Positions 1 to 9,766 of a stretch of DNA of 56,236 nt are shown here, piece by piece. The stretch spans positions 1-56,236 of the forward strand of contig JBBDYA010000135.1 of the NCBI GenBank assembly GCA_040902005.1, given 5' to 3'. Source of the DNA: Gemmatimonadaceae bacterium (GTDB lineage: Bacteria; Gemmatimonadota; Gemmatimonadetes; Gemmatimonadales; Gemmatimonadaceae). A program made the position numbers and the translations under genes. How positions within the stretch are numbered: position 1 is the first letter of the stretch; the number at the start of each line of letters is the position of its first letter. The notes below the pieces were generated by a model. It was not told where the DNA came from and did not search any database. It saw only the letters and a list, made by a program, of their open reading frames with translations.

Positions 1-85
1 CGTAGTCGTCCAAGTATTGGGTACTATGCTCGCGCCGGCCGGAACACCTCGCCCCGGCCCCCTGGTTTTTTCAGAGCTTCCCTAG
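1..85. repeat. Partial (window-edge) copy of a long-hairpin MITE-like element, same family as 22915-23103
   Basis: TAGTCGTCCAAGTATTGGGTACTATGCTCGCGCC resembles TAGTCGTCTCAGTATTGATACTGGCTCGCGCC at ~23023-23054. It ends in TTTTCAGAGCTTCCCTAG, whose CTA is the mnmA stop. Confidence 0.65.
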
Positions 86-1194
86 GCGGCTAGCACCGGC
101 AGCGACGCGCGCTGTCCACGCGCGGCTTCGATGACGCCACCGCCAAGCACGCCGTCCCCGTCGTAGAACACCACGGACTGGCCGGGCGTGATGGCCGACA
201 CTGGCTCGTCCAGGGCCAGCTCGATCTCGCCAGCCTCCGCTCGAATCACCTCGGCGGCCACCGGCGGAGCGCGGTGCCGCACCTGGACGCCGAGCCGCGT
301 GCCGAGCAGCGACGCGCTGTCGACCTCGGTGAGCCAGTTGACCTCGCGCGCGATCAGCCCGCGTCCCAGCAGCTCCTCCCGTGGCCCGATCACCACGGCG
401 CGATCGGCCGGGCGGATCGCGACGACGAACATCGGCTGGGGGAAGCCACCGGGGAGGCCGCGGCGCTGGCCGATGGTAAAGCGCGCGTACCCTTCGTGTT
501 CGCCGATCACGGTTCCGCTCGAGAGCACGAAGGGACCGGTGCGCAGCGCGGGCGCGTCGGAACCCAGCTTCTGCCGGATGATTTTCGTGTGATCGCCGTC
601 CGGCACGAAGCAGATGTCCTGGCTCTCCACCTTGTCGGCGATGATCTCCAGCCCGAGCCGGCGCGCGACCGCGCGCGTTTCCGCCTTGGTCTGGGCGCCC
701 ACGGGGAGGAGCATGCGCGACAGCACCGCGCGGTCGATGCCCCAGAGGAAGTACGACTGGTCCTTGGCGTGATCCACACCGCGCCGCAGCCGGCCGTCCG
801 CGACGCGGGCATAGTGCCCCGTGGCCACCCACGTCGCGTCGATCGCGTCCGCCTTGCGCACCAGGTCGCGGAACTTGGTGAACGTGTTGCAGCGCACGCA
901 CGGAATCGGCGTGCGTCCGCGCGCGTACTCGCTCACGAAATCGTCCACCACGTCGTGCCCGAACGCGCTCTCGAGGTTCAGGACATAATGCGGGACGCCG
1001 AGCTGCTGGCAGACACGTCGCGCGTCGTTGATGGAATCCAGCGAGCAGCAGGGGCGGTCGGGCACGTCGTCCCCATGGCAGAACAGCTTCATCGTGGCAC
1101 CGACGACGTCGTAGCCCTGCTCGACGAGCAGCGCCGCCGCGACGGACGAGTCCACGCCGCCCGACATCGCCACCAGCACCCGTTCCTTCCTCAT
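82..1194 (-). CDS. mnmA: tRNA 2-thiouridine(34) synthase MnmA
   Basis: AMSGGVDSS PP-loop, TPIPCVRCN, ATGHYAR, KDQSYFL, ESQDICF and PGQSVVFY motifs. The real start (MRKERVLV) is ATG at 1194, overlapping the iscS stop (ATGA). Confidence 0.97.
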   Translation of the reverse strand: MRKERVLVAMSGGVDSSVAAALLVEQGYDVVGATMKLFCHGDDVPDRPCCSLDSINDARRVCQQLGVPHYVLNLESAFGHDVVDDFVSEYARGRTPIPCVRCNTFTKFRDLVRKADAIDATWVATGHYARVADGRLRRGVDHAKDQSYFLWGIDRAVLSRMLLPVGAQTKAETRAVARRLGLEIIADKVESQDICFVPDGDHTKIIRQKLGSDAPALRTGPFVLSSGTVIGEHEGYARFTIGQRRGLPGGFPQPMFVVAIRPADRAVVIGPREELLGRGLIAREVNWLTEVDSASLLGTRLGVQVRHRAPPVAAEVIRAEAGEIELALDEPVSAITPGQSVVFYDGDGVLGGGVIEAARGQRASLPVLAA

Positions 1195-2351
1195 GCCACC
1201 GCCAGCCGCCGGGCCTTGTCCACGAGTCGGGCGAAGACCTCGACCACGCGGTCGATTGATTCCGACGTGCTCATCGAGCCCAGGCTCATCCGGATCGCCG
1301 CGTTGATCAGTTCGCGCGGCGCACCGATGGCCGACAGCACGTGCGACGGGCTGGCGGTTCCCGACTGGCACGCGGATCCCGCGGAGCACCCGATACCCTG
1401 GAGGTCCAGCGCCATCAGCATGGACTCGCTGTCCGTGCCGGGCACGGACACGTTCACGATATGCGGGGCACGGCGTGGAGCGGCGGCGCCGTGAATGACC
1501 GCGTCCGGCACGCGCGCCCGGATGCCGGCCTCCAGCTGCTCGCGCAACGCGAGCAGGCGCGCGCATTCCGTTTCCCGCTCCGCGCATGCCAACTCGGCCG
1601 CCAGGGCCAGGCCCACCGCCGCGGCCACGTTCTCGGTGCCGGGGCGCTTGCCGCGCTCCTGTGTGCCGCCGTGGAACAGGGACTCGAGCGCCGTCCCGCG
1701 ACGCACGAACATCGCGCCGCAGCCCTTGGGCGCTCCGATCTTGTGTCCGGAGAGTGAAAGCGCGTCGAACGCCACCGTGCGGGCGTCCACCTCGATCTTT
1801 CCGAACGCCTGCACGGCGTCCGTGTGGAACAGGGCCCCGTTGGCCTTCGCGGTGGCCACCAGGTCCTCGACCGGCTGAATGGTGCCAATCTCGTTGTTGA
1901 CCCACATGACCGAGACGACCGCAACGTCGGGGCGCGTCAGCTTGTTGAACGACTGCGCATCCACGGTACCGGCCTGCGTCACGTTGCAGAGGCGCTCTTC
2001 GGCACCCTCCTTTGCGGCCTGATGCACGGCGCCCAGGACGGCCTTGTGCTCGATTGGGGTGGACACCACGGCATTGCGGCCGTCCGCCTTTCGCGCGCGC
2101 CAGGCGCCCAGGATGGCGATGTTGTCGGCCTCCGTGCCACCGGACGTGAAGCACATCTCATCGGCTCGGGCTCCGATGCATGCCGCCAGCCGCTCACGGG
2201 CCTCGTCCAGTGCCGTGCGCGCCTCGCGCCCCCAACGGTGGAGGCTGGAGGGATTGCCGAAGCGGGGTCCGTAGAACGGTGCCATCGCCTCGAGGACCTC
2301 AGGCCGGACAGGCGTGGTCGCGGCGTGATCGAGGTAGATAGGATCAGGCAT
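1191..2351 (-). CDS. iscS: Cysteine desulfurase (IscS/NifS group I)
   Basis: IYLDHAATTP, FGNPSS, FTSGGTEADN, HTDAVQ, SGHKIG (PLP lysine), RPGTEN and CSAGSAC. Start MPDPIY at 2351. Coupled to mnmA. Confidence 0.93.
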   Translation of the reverse strand: MPDPIYLDHAATTPVRPEVLEAMAPFYGPRFGNPSSLHRWGREARTALDEARERLAACIGARADEMCFTSGGTEADNIAILGAWRARKADGRNAVVSTPIEHKAVLGAVHQAAKEGAEERLCNVTQAGTVDAQSFNKLTRPDVAVVSVMWVNNEIGTIQPVEDLVATAKANGALFHTDAVQAFGKIEVDARTVAFDALSLSGHKIGAPKGCGAMFVRRGTALESLFHGGTQERGKRPGTENVAAAVGLALAAELACAERETECARLLALREQLEAGIRARVPDAVIHGAAAPRRAPHIVNVSVPGTDSESMLMALDLQGIGCSAGSACQSGTASPSHVLSAIGAPRELINAAIRMSLGSMSTSESIDRVVEVFARLVDKARRLAVA

Positions 2352-2439
2352 GGCAACAATATAGGAGTTTTGCGGGGGTCCCTGTAATGGCGACCTCGTC
2401 GTACATTCGTAGTCCCCGACTCCCCCCAGGCTGCATTTC

Positions 2440-3177
2440 ATGCGAACGACGCTGTTGCTCATGCTGCTGTCAGGGTCGCTCCAGGCCCAGATGTTCCCCT
2501 CGGCCGCACCCAGCAAGCGAGACCTCTGGGTCTTTGGAGTGAGCGCCTTCGGCGGCGTTCCCGTCGGTGAATTCAGGAATCACGAAGACGGCGGTGGCGG
2601 GGTCGATCTCATGCTTGGCTACCAGCCGTTCCGCCGGCAGCCGCTTGTGCTGCGCGCGAGCGGGGGGTTCATGCAGTACGGAGCGGTGTATGCCAGCGGA
2701 TTCCAGCGTGTGTGCGACGAATACTCGTGCTGGACGGAGCGCGCGACGTATCAGGCGCGACAACACAGCATGATGGTCTTTCAGGGCGGGCCGGAGTTCA
2801 TGGCTACCGATGGCACGTGGCGCCCATTCGCCTTCGCCCTCGCCGGCATCACGTACTTCCGCAGCAGCGCGAACATTCCGCCGTCGAATCCGCAGGGAAC
2901 GCCGGAGCGTGAAACGCTGTTCTCCTCCAACAACGTGTCCTCCGCCTATGGCGCCGGCATTCGGCGTGTGACCACGCGGATCGGGAGGGAGATGGGGCTC
3001 GAGCTGTCTGCGCGCGTCGTGCGGAACGCCGACGCGAGCTACCTCACCGAGGACGGCGTGCAGCAGCAACCTGACGGAAGCTGGTTGAGGACGCCACGCC
3101 ATGGCGCAGCAAACGTACTGGGTTTGCACGTCGGACTCTGGATCGGCCCCCGGATTCACTGGACCGAGCGGCAGTAA
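2440..3177 (+). CDS. Secreted protein, probable outer-membrane beta-barrel
   Basis: Signal peptide (MRTTLLLMLLSGSLQA), then alternating Gly/aromatic beta-strand pattern ending GLHVGLWIG. Confidence 0.6.
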   Translation: MRTTLLLMLLSGSLQAQMFPSAAPSKRDLWVFGVSAFGGVPVGEFRNHEDGGGGVDLMLGYQPFRRQPLVLRASGGFMQYGAVYASGFQRVCDEYSCWTERATYQARQHSMMVFQGGPEFMATDGTWRPFAFALAGITYFRSSANIPPSNPQGTPERETLFSSNNVSSAYGAGIRRVTTRIGREMGLELSARVVRNADASYLTEDGVQQQPDGSWLRTPRHGAANVLGLHVGLWIGPRIHWTERQ

Positions 3178-3180
3178 TCG

Positions 3181-4461
3181 TCAGCCGGGCAGCCCCGCGG
3201 ACATGTACGTCCGGATCGCCGCGAGCGTCCGCTCCAGTTCATCCATCGTGTTGTAGAAGTGCGGTGACAGCCGCACGCCCGGTCGCGCGGCGCCGCCGGT
3301 GCTCGCGCACGCGATGCGATGGCGCTCGTACAGCGCGGACGCGAACCGGCGGGGATCATGGCCGCCCGGCTGGAAGACGACGATGGCCGCCGACCGTTCG
3401 GGATCAGGATCGGTGCGCAGCGTGACGCCGTCGATTCCGCGCAGCTCGTCTGCGAGGCGCCGCGCGAGCTGGCGCACGCGCGTCTCGATCACTGCGCGGC
3501 CGATGTCGCTCTGGAACTTCATCGCCGCGCCCACGGTCGCGAGCGCTGCCTCGTCGCGCTGGCCGTACGCTTCCAGCGTGCGCGAGATTCCGACCGCGCC
3601 GGCGTAGAGGCTCACCACGCTCGGCGCGATCCGATCGTGCACGGCCCGGTGCACGAAGAGGACGCCCGTTTCTTTGGGCCCGCACGGCCATTTGTGCAGT
3701 GAGCCGGAATAGAAATCCGGCCCCATCTCCTGCAGGTGGACGTCCAGCACGCCGAACGACTGGGCGCCGTCCACCATCGTGCGCACGTCCCGAGCGCGTG
3801 CCAGGGCGCAGAGCTCGGCCATCGGCAGCAGGTCGCCCATGGTGTTGGTCACATGCGTCATCGCCAGGACGCGGGTGCGGGGCGTGAGCGCGCGCGCGAA
3901 CGCGTCGAGATAGTGCGCAGCGCCGGGATGCGGATTCGTCGCGGGCACCTCGACCACCGTGAATCCGAAGCGCGCTCCCTTCTGACGCCATGCCTCGAGG
4001 TTGCTGGGGTGGTTGTCGCCGAAGACCAGCACCTCGTCTCCGGCGCCCAGCCGCAGGCCGCTCGACACCAGGTTGTTGGCCTCACTGGTATTGCGGGTAA
4101 TCACGATCTCCTCTGGCGTGACGCGCAGGGCGTCCGCGATGAGCCGTCGCGATTCCTCGCGCCCCTCGGTGAGTCGCGCGCGGCTGGCGGACGACGGATT
4201 GCCGTCCAGGTACCGCGTATTCCGCTCGAGCGCCTCGAGCACCGGCGCGGACGTGGGACAGAGATTGGCAGCGTTCAGGAAGCAGAGGTCGGCGGGCAGG
4301 ATGAACCGCGCCCGCACGGCCTTCCAGAACGCCTCGTCGGGTTCGCGCGGCGTTGGCGGCAGGGGCGTGAACACCAGGTTTGTGGCGACGTGCGGCCAGA
4401 ACGCCGCGGAACCGGTGACGGCGAGCAGGCGGGCGAAGTGACGGCGGGACAGGTCGGTCAT
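3181..4461 (-). CDS. Class V PLP-dependent enzyme (isopenicillin-N-epimerase/PvdN-like) with Tat signal peptide
   Basis: Starts MTDLSRRHFARLL (twin-Arg). Motifs FLNAANLCP, ITRNTSEA, VDGAQSFG, SLHKWPCGP, VRLSPHFYN. ATG overlaps the kynA stop. Confidence 0.88.
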   Translation of the reverse strand: MTDLSRRHFARLLAVTGSAAFWPHVATNLVFTPLPPTPREPDEAFWKAVRARFILPADLCFLNAANLCPTSAPVLEALERNTRYLDGNPSSASRARLTEGREESRRLIADALRVTPEEIVITRNTSEANNLVSSGLRLGAGDEVLVFGDNHPSNLEAWRQKGARFGFTVVEVPATNPHPGAAHYLDAFARALTPRTRVLAMTHVTNTMGDLLPMAELCALARARDVRTMVDGAQSFGVLDVHLQEMGPDFYSGSLHKWPCGPKETGVLFVHRAVHDRIAPSVVSLYAGAVGISRTLEAYGQRDEAALATVGAAMKFQSDIGRAVIETRVRQLARRLADELRGIDGVTLRTDPDPERSAAIVVFQPGGHDPRRFASALYERHRIACASTGGAARPGVRLSPHFYNTMDELERTLAAIRTYMSAGLPG

Positions 4462-5198
4462 GCGGTGGCAAAGAACTTCGCCCGGACTTCGGCGAGTTGC
4501 GGGAAAAAGCGGATGCTCACGGTGCGGTGCAGGAAGCTCGCGCCCTGCGAGCCGCCGGTGCCCGTGGTGCCCGGACCGAGCATCCGCTCCACGAGCTGCG
4601 CGTGCTGAAAGCGCCACTGGCCGAATTCCATCTCGTACTCCAGGAGTGCCTCCGCGATGAAGAACGACAGCTGCGGCCCGGGCCCCAGATACAGCTCCTC
4701 GAGCGACGTGCCCTGGTGCCTGAGAAACGTGAAAAACATCTCCTGGAGCGGCGGGCGATCGATCCAGCGCTGTATGTCGGGCGCGATCGGCCCCGATTCC
4801 TCGAGCAGCTTGAGAAACCAGGGTTCGCGAAGGCCGGAGGCCGCCTCGATGGCGCGGAACTGCACGCTTTGCGATCCGCTGGACGTGCCGAGGTTGGCGC
4901 GAAACGCGGCGAAGTGCTGCGGCGGCAGGAGCGCCAGCGACGAGAGTTGCGCGCTCACGATGCGCATCAGGCCGTTCACGCGCTGGAGCTGCCAGAGGGC
5001 GAGCCCCGCATCGCCCTGCTCGAACGCGCCCGCGAGCGTATCCAGGTCCCGCAGCAGCACCTTGAACCACAGCTCGCTGGACTGGTGCACGACGATGAAG
5101 AGCAGTTCGTCGGGGTGCTCGGGGCTGGACCGCGGGCGCTGGAGCCGCAGCAGCTCGTCGAGGGCGAGGTATGATGGGTAGTTGACGTCGTCGCTCAA
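4458..5198 (-). CDS. kynA: Tryptophan 2,3-dioxygenase
   Basis: YxSYLxLDELL, HPDELLFIVVHQSSELWFK, SSGSQSVQFR, GTGGSQGASFL, FFPQL. TTG start overlapping the bshB1 stop. Confidence 0.92.
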   Translation of the reverse strand: MSDDVNYPSYLALDELLRLQRPRSSPEHPDELLFIVVHQSSELWFKVLLRDLDTLAGAFEQGDAGLALWQLQRVNGLMRIVSAQLSSLALLPPQHFAAFRANLGTSSGSQSVQFRAIEAASGLREPWFLKLLEESGPIAPDIQRWIDRPPLQEMFFTFLRHQGTSLEELYLGPGPQLSFFIAEALLEYEMEFGQWRFQHAQLVERMLGPGTTGTGGSQGASFLHRTVSIRFFPQLAEVRAKFFATA

Positions 5199-5908
5199 AA
5201 CGTGGACACCTCCAGCGCGGCGACGTCGTCGACGCGCATGGTTTCGGTGGTGAAGAACGGTTCGCCGACCCGCGTGCGGATCATGGCGCCATAATACGCG
5301 CCGTAATGGCGGATGGCGTCGTACAGCGGTTCGCCCGTGGGCATGACCTCACCCGCCTGGGTGGCGCCAGCGAACTGGCTGTCGAAGCAGCGAATGGCGT
5401 CCAGCTTCTGCTCGAACTCGTCGGAGATGTCCACCACGAAGGTCGGTTTCTCGAAGTCCTGACGGTAGCTCACGCAGTGCAGCACCTTGAGCGGGCGGTG
5501 ACTGGGCGCGTCGGGCGCCACCTTCGCGAGGCCGGCGACGAAGCACGCGTCGCGTACGAGCTCCGCCGTCACGCGGTGGTCGGGATGACGGCCCTGCCGC
5601 GCCGGCGCGATGACGACGCGCGGCCGGAAGCGGCGGATGGCGCGCGCGAGCAGCTCCCGCGTCGCCGGGTCATTCACGATCGCGGCGTCGGGCAGCCCGA
5701 GGTTCTCGCGGGCGGAGAGCCGCATCACCCGGGCGGCGGCGTCGGCCTCGGCCGCGCGCGAGGCCGCGTTGCCCTTCGTGCCCATCTCGCCGGCCGTGAG
5801 ATCGATGACGGCCGTCGTGCGGCCCTGCTTCACGGCCTTGATCAGTGTGCCCGCGCACGTGAGCTCCACGTCGTCCCGATGGGCCGCGATTGCGAGAATG
5901 TCTACCAT
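5195..5908 (-). CDS. bshB1: Bacillithiol biosynthesis deacetylase BshB1 (PIG-L family)
   Basis: AIAAHRDDVEL, DLTAGEMGTKG, RENLGLPD, RHPDH, PTFVVDIS, FDSQF. Confidence 0.85.
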   Translation of the reverse strand: MVDILAIAAHRDDVELTCAGTLIKAVKQGRTTAVIDLTAGEMGTKGNAASRAAEADAAARVMRLSARENLGLPDAAIVNDPATRELLARAIRRFRPRVVIAPARQGRHPDHRVTAELVRDACFVAGLAKVAPDAPSHRPLKVLHCVSYRQDFEKPTFVVDISDEFEQKLDAIRCFDSQFAGATQAGEVMPTGEPLYDAIRHYGAYYGAMIRTRVGEPFFTTETMRVDDVAALEVSTF

Positions 5909-5941
5909 GCGTCGGGAAAGATGGGGCGGGCAGCTTCGTTC

Positions 5942-7231
5942 TCACAACCGGCGCCGGACGTCCGGCGCGAGGCACGACTCGTGGCGCAGGGCGTCCACGG
6001 GATTCAGCCGCGCCGCCCGACGGGCCGGCAGCAGGCCGAACACGATCCCGATACCCACGGACACGAAGACCGCGAGCAGGGTGAGATCGATGGGTGGGAT
6101 CGAGGAGATGTTCATGGCCGCGTTGGCCGCCTGGCCCACCAGCAGCCCGACGAGGATCCCGGCGACACCCCCGATGCCGGTCAGGGTCGCGGCCTCCACC
6201 AGGAATTGCTGGAGGATGTCGCGCCGCGTGGCGCCCACCGCCTTGCGAATCCCGATCTCGTGCGTGCGCTCGGTGACGGAGATCATCATCACCGCCATCA
6301 CCCCGATGCCGCCCACCAGGAGCCCCACGGCGCTCAGCACCATCATCACGAGGAAGAAGGCGCCCGAAATCTTGTTGAACAGGTCGAGGATCTGGTCCTG
6401 CGTGATCATGTCGAACGTATTCGGATCCGCGGGACGCAGGCGCCGCGATTCCCTCAGGGCGACCGTCACGGCGCTCTGCGCGTCGGAGACCGTCACGCTG
6501 GGGTGCGGCTTTACCGGGATGAACAGGGCGTTCGTCCGGTCGATGGTGAACTGATGATCGAGCATGCGGAAGGGGACGATGGCGAACTGCTCCTGGCCCG
6601 GCGGCTCGAAGATGTTTGCGGCCGCCTGATAGATGCCGATGACGCGCGCGGGCCGGCCCCCGATGCGCACCCACTTGTCCACGGGCTGCACGTTGCCGAA
6701 CAGCGTCTGCGCCACGTCACTCTCGAGCACCACCACCGCCGTGCCCGCCGCCTCCTCCGCCGCCGTGAACCAACGTCCGGAAATCAGTTCGCCGCCATAG
6801 ATCTCCGGATAGCCCTCATCCGCGCCGGTGACGATACCGAGCCCCGTGCGCGTCCCGCCAAACTCGATCCGGTTGAAGACCTGCGCCCAGAGCGAGGCAT
6901 ACCGCACCTCCGGCAGCGCGGCGATGCGTTCGCCTTCGGCGACCGACAGGTCGGGACGCACCCGTACCCACTTCGGCAGGTTGTCGGGATTGAGCGGCGT
7001 TTCGGAGAACACCTTCATCACGTAGAAGGTCGTCGGACCGGACACCTCGAGCGTGTTGAGAATCTGGTCCTGGATGCCGCGCACGATGGACGCCATCCCC
7101 ATCACGCACGCCACGCCGATCACGACGCCGAGAATGGTCAGCGCCGACCGCAGCTTGGCCACGCGGAGCGCGCCGAACGCGAGTCCCACGTTCTCGCCAA
7201 AGTCGGTGAAGAAACGCAACAGGCGCCTCAT
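5942..7231 (-). CDS. MacB/FtsX-family ABC transporter permease (type B, third pair)
   Basis: Starts MRRLLRFF at 7231 (ATGA overlap). KLRSALTILGVVIGV, VGGIGVMAVMMISVTERTHEIGIRKAVGA, PARRAARLNPVDALR. Confidence 0.93.
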   Translation of the reverse strand: MRRLLRFFTDFGENVGLAFGALRVAKLRSALTILGVVIGVACVMGMASIVRGIQDQILNTLEVSGPTTFYVMKVFSETPLNPDNLPKWVRVRPDLSVAEGERIAALPEVRYASLWAQVFNRIEFGGTRTGLGIVTGADEGYPEIYGGELISGRWFTAAEEAAGTAVVVLESDVAQTLFGNVQPVDKWVRIGGRPARVIGIYQAAANIFEPPGQEQFAIVPFRMLDHQFTIDRTNALFIPVKPHPSVTVSDAQSAVTVALRESRRLRPADPNTFDMITQDQILDLFNKISGAFFLVMMVLSAVGLLVGGIGVMAVMMISVTERTHEIGIRKAVGATRRDILQQFLVEAATLTGIGGVAGILVGLLVGQAANAAMNISSIPPIDLTLLAVFVSVGIGIVFGLLPARRAARLNPVDALRHESCLAPDVRRRL

Positions 7232-8469
7232 TCGGCGCGCAGTGCCTCGACCGGGTCCAGCCGTGCGGCGCGATCCGCCGGATACACGCCGAACAGCACG
7301 CCGACGCCGGCGCCAAGCCCCAGGGCCAGCATGATGGACCAGAGCGTGACGCGGGCGGGGAGCGGCGACGCCGCGGAGATCATGGCCGCGAACAGCCAGC
7401 CGCCTCCGGCGCCCATCGCACCGCCGATGGTGGCGAGCATCGTCGCCTCGGCCAGGAACTGCCGCCGGATGTCGCGGTGGGTAGCCCCGACCGACTTGCG
7501 CAGCCCGATCTCGTGCATGCGCTCCTTCACCGACATCAGCATGATGTTCATGATGACGATGCCGCCCACGACGATCCCGATCGCGACCATCGCGGGGACG
7601 ACGGCGAACAGGAGGCGCGTCAACTGCCGCCAGAAGCTCACGAGCGCATCGGCGGTCTCGATCGAGAAGTCCGGATCCTGGCCCGGGCGCAGCCGGTGCG
7701 CCACGCGCATCGCTTCCTCCGCGCGCGCCATCCCGCCGGCGACCTCCTCGGCCGTCGCCATCTTCACGGAGATGGTCGTCGTCTGGCGCCGGCCGTACAA
7801 GGACTCGAAGGTGCTGATCGGCATAAGCACCATGCCGTCGAACGACCGGCCGAGCACGCGTCCCTTGGGGGCCAGCACGCCCACGATGGTGAACAGGTTG
7901 CCGCGGATGCGGATCTGGCGGCCCACCGCGGGCACCGTCTCGAACAGCGTCGCCTGGATGTCGGAGCCCACGACGACCACGGGGCGGCGCTGCCGCACCT
8001 CGATCTCGGTGAGCGGCTGCCCGCTGGTGAAACGGTAGTCCTGCACCACCTGGTACTCCGGGCTGATGCCGAAGATCAGGGCGTCGCCGAGCGTGCGTCC
8101 GGCCCATACCAGGTCCGCCTGCGGCGTGGGCCATCCCGACGTGATACTGATGGCCTCCGCGTCCGGTATCACCGCGCGCACGACCTCCGCGTCCGCATGC
8201 GTGATCTTTGGCCGGCGCTGCATCCGCCGCCAGTCCTCGTCGTCGATGAGCCCGATGTTTATGGGCAGCCGCCGCACCTGGAAGGTGTTGGACCCGATCA
8301 TCGCGTCGGCGATGTTTTCCTTCACGTACGCGTTCATCCCCTGGATGATCGCGATCACGGCGACGAGAAACGCCACGCTCACGATGATGCCCAGGAGCGT
8401 GAAGAAGCTCCGGAGCTTGTTCGCCCGGAGCTGTGTCAGTGCGGTCAGCAGGACGTCGACGAAGCGCAA
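7228..8469 (-). CDS. MacB/FtsX-family ABC transporter permease (type A, third pair)
   Basis: NKLRSFFTLLGII, VGGIVIMNIMLMSVKERMHEIGLRK, LDPVEALR. TTG start. Confidence 0.93.
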   Translation of the reverse strand: MRFVDVLLTALTQLRANKLRSFFTLLGIIVSVAFLVAVIAIIQGMNAYVKENIADAMIGSNTFQVRRLPINIGLIDDEDWRRMQRRPKITHADAEVVRAVIPDAEAISITSGWPTPQADLVWAGRTLGDALIFGISPEYQVVQDYRFTSGQPLTEIEVRQRRPVVVVGSDIQATLFETVPAVGRQIRIRGNLFTIVGVLAPKGRVLGRSFDGMVLMPISTFESLYGRRQTTTISVKMATAEEVAGGMARAEEAMRVAHRLRPGQDPDFSIETADALVSFWRQLTRLLFAVVPAMVAIGIVVGGIVIMNIMLMSVKERMHEIGLRKSVGATHRDIRRQFLAEATMLATIGGAMGAGGGWLFAAMISAASPLPARVTLWSIMLALGLGAGVGVLFGVYPADRAARLDPVEALRAE

Positions 8470-8491
8470 GGTACCGCCGCGGGCGCGGCCG

Positions 8492-9766
8492 TTACTCGTA
8501 TCGCAGTGCCGCCACAGGGTCGAGCCGTGCCGCGCGCATCGCGGGCAACAGCCCGAACAGAATGCCCGTGAAGGCCGACACGACCAGCGCGGCGGCCACG
8601 GCGCCCAGGGGCGTGGACGCCGGAATGGACGGGAAGGCGGTGCGCACGCCGAACGCCACCAGTACGCCCATGACCAGCCCGGTCGCCGCGCCGATGCCCG
8701 TCAGCGTCACCGCTTCCACGAGGAACTGCCACAGGATGGTCCCCCTTGTTGCTCCGAGTGCCTTTCGCACACCGATCTCGCGCGTCCGCTCCGTCACGGA
8801 AATCATCATGATGGCGATGACGCCCACGCCACCAACGAGGAGCCCGACGGAGGAGAGCGCGATGCCGACCACGAAGAACGTGCCGAACAGCTGATTGTAG
8901 ATCCCCATCAACCGGTCCTGCGTAATGATGGCGAAGTTGTCCGGCTGGGCCGGGCGCAGCCCCCGCATGGAGCGGAGCACCGCGATGACTTCATCCGTGG
9001 CCTCCTCGACGGCGACGCCACGCAGGGGCTTCACGATGAGGTTGTTGCCCCGCATCCAGAAGTTCAAGTGGCGGCGCGCGGTTTCCCACGGCACGATCGC
9101 TTTCGGTGAGTCCCCGCCGCCCGCGGATGTGGGCGTGCCCATCGGACTGGCGGTGTAGTGGTAGATCCCGATGACCTCCAGCCGCACGCCACCCACCACC
9201 TCGACTTCCTTGCCGATGGGGTCCGAGTCCAGGAAGAGCTTTTCCGCCAGCTTCTCGTTGAGGATGACGACGCGGGCACCATTGACCGCCTCCGACTCCG
9301 TGAAGCTGCGACCGGGGTAGATGTCGCCCCCGTCCACCTGCGTCCAGTTCGCGGTGTAGGCCTCGACCCCCGCGCCCAGCTCCCGATCCTTGTACCGGAA
9401 CCGCTTGCCGCTTGCGACGTGTGACGTCACCGCCAGGATGGTCGGCAGGCGCTCGATCGCCTTCGCCTCGGCCATCGTGATCATCGGATTGCGACGCTCC
9501 GGGCAGGTCTCATCGGTGCCGTCGCACACCTCGAAGCCGCCGATGTTGCGGCGGTAGACGAAGAACGACGTGGGTCCCGCCGCCTCCACGTCGCGCGCGA
9601 AGCTCTCGTTCACGCCGCGCACCACCGACGACAGTGCGACCACCACGAACACGCCCACCGCCACTCCCATGATCGTGAGCCCGGCGCGCACCTTGTTGGC
9701 GCGCATGGCCTCGATCGCAATGCCGACACCCTCCAGGGCGTGCGTGATTCGCGCGGTCAGCCGCAT
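8492..9766 (-). CDS. MacB/FtsX-family ABC transporter permease (type B, second pair)
   Basis: Starts MRLTARI at 9766. NKVRAGLTIMG, ERTREIGVRKALGA, LDPVAALRYE. Confidence 0.93.
   Translation of the reverse strand: MRLTARITHALEGVGIAIEAMRANKVRAGLTIMGVAVGVFVVVALSSVVRGVNESFARDVEAAGPTSFFVYRRNIGGFEVCDGTDETCPERRNPMITMAEAKAIERLPTILAVTSHVASGKRFRYKDRELGAGVEAYTANWTQVDGGDIYPGRSFTESEAVNGARVVILNEKLAEKLFLDSDPIGKEVEVVGGVRLEVIGIYHYTASPMGTPTSAGGGDSPKAIVPWETARRHLNFWMRGNNLIVKPLRGVAVEEATDEVIAVLRSMRGLRPAQPDNFAIITQDRLMGIYNQLFGTFFVVGIALSSVGLLVGGVGVIAIMMISVTERTREIGVRKALGATRGTILWQFLVEAVTLTGIGAATGLVMGVLVAFGVRTAFPSIPASTPLGAVAAALVVSAFTGILFGLLPAMRAARLDPVAALRYE

Noticed and set aside
1195..2154. Apparent N-terminal extensions or fusions in the ORF track (MnmA 690 aa; also 629, 730, 715, 1097 and 697 aa ORFs)
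   Set aside because: The extensions are off-frame read-through of the upstream gene. True starts sit at ATGA/GTGA overlaps.
3181..4461. Kynureninase KynU next to kynA
   Set aside because: It lacks the GNSLG-type N-terminal motif and has a Tat leader, so it is called only a class-V PLP enzyme.
5306..8038. Long antisense or alternative-frame ORFs (e.g. 910 aa here; also 9910-11952, 21313-22980, 44093-46165)
   Set aside because: Shadow ORFs of high-GC genes: they overlap well-supported genes and carry no recognisable motifs.
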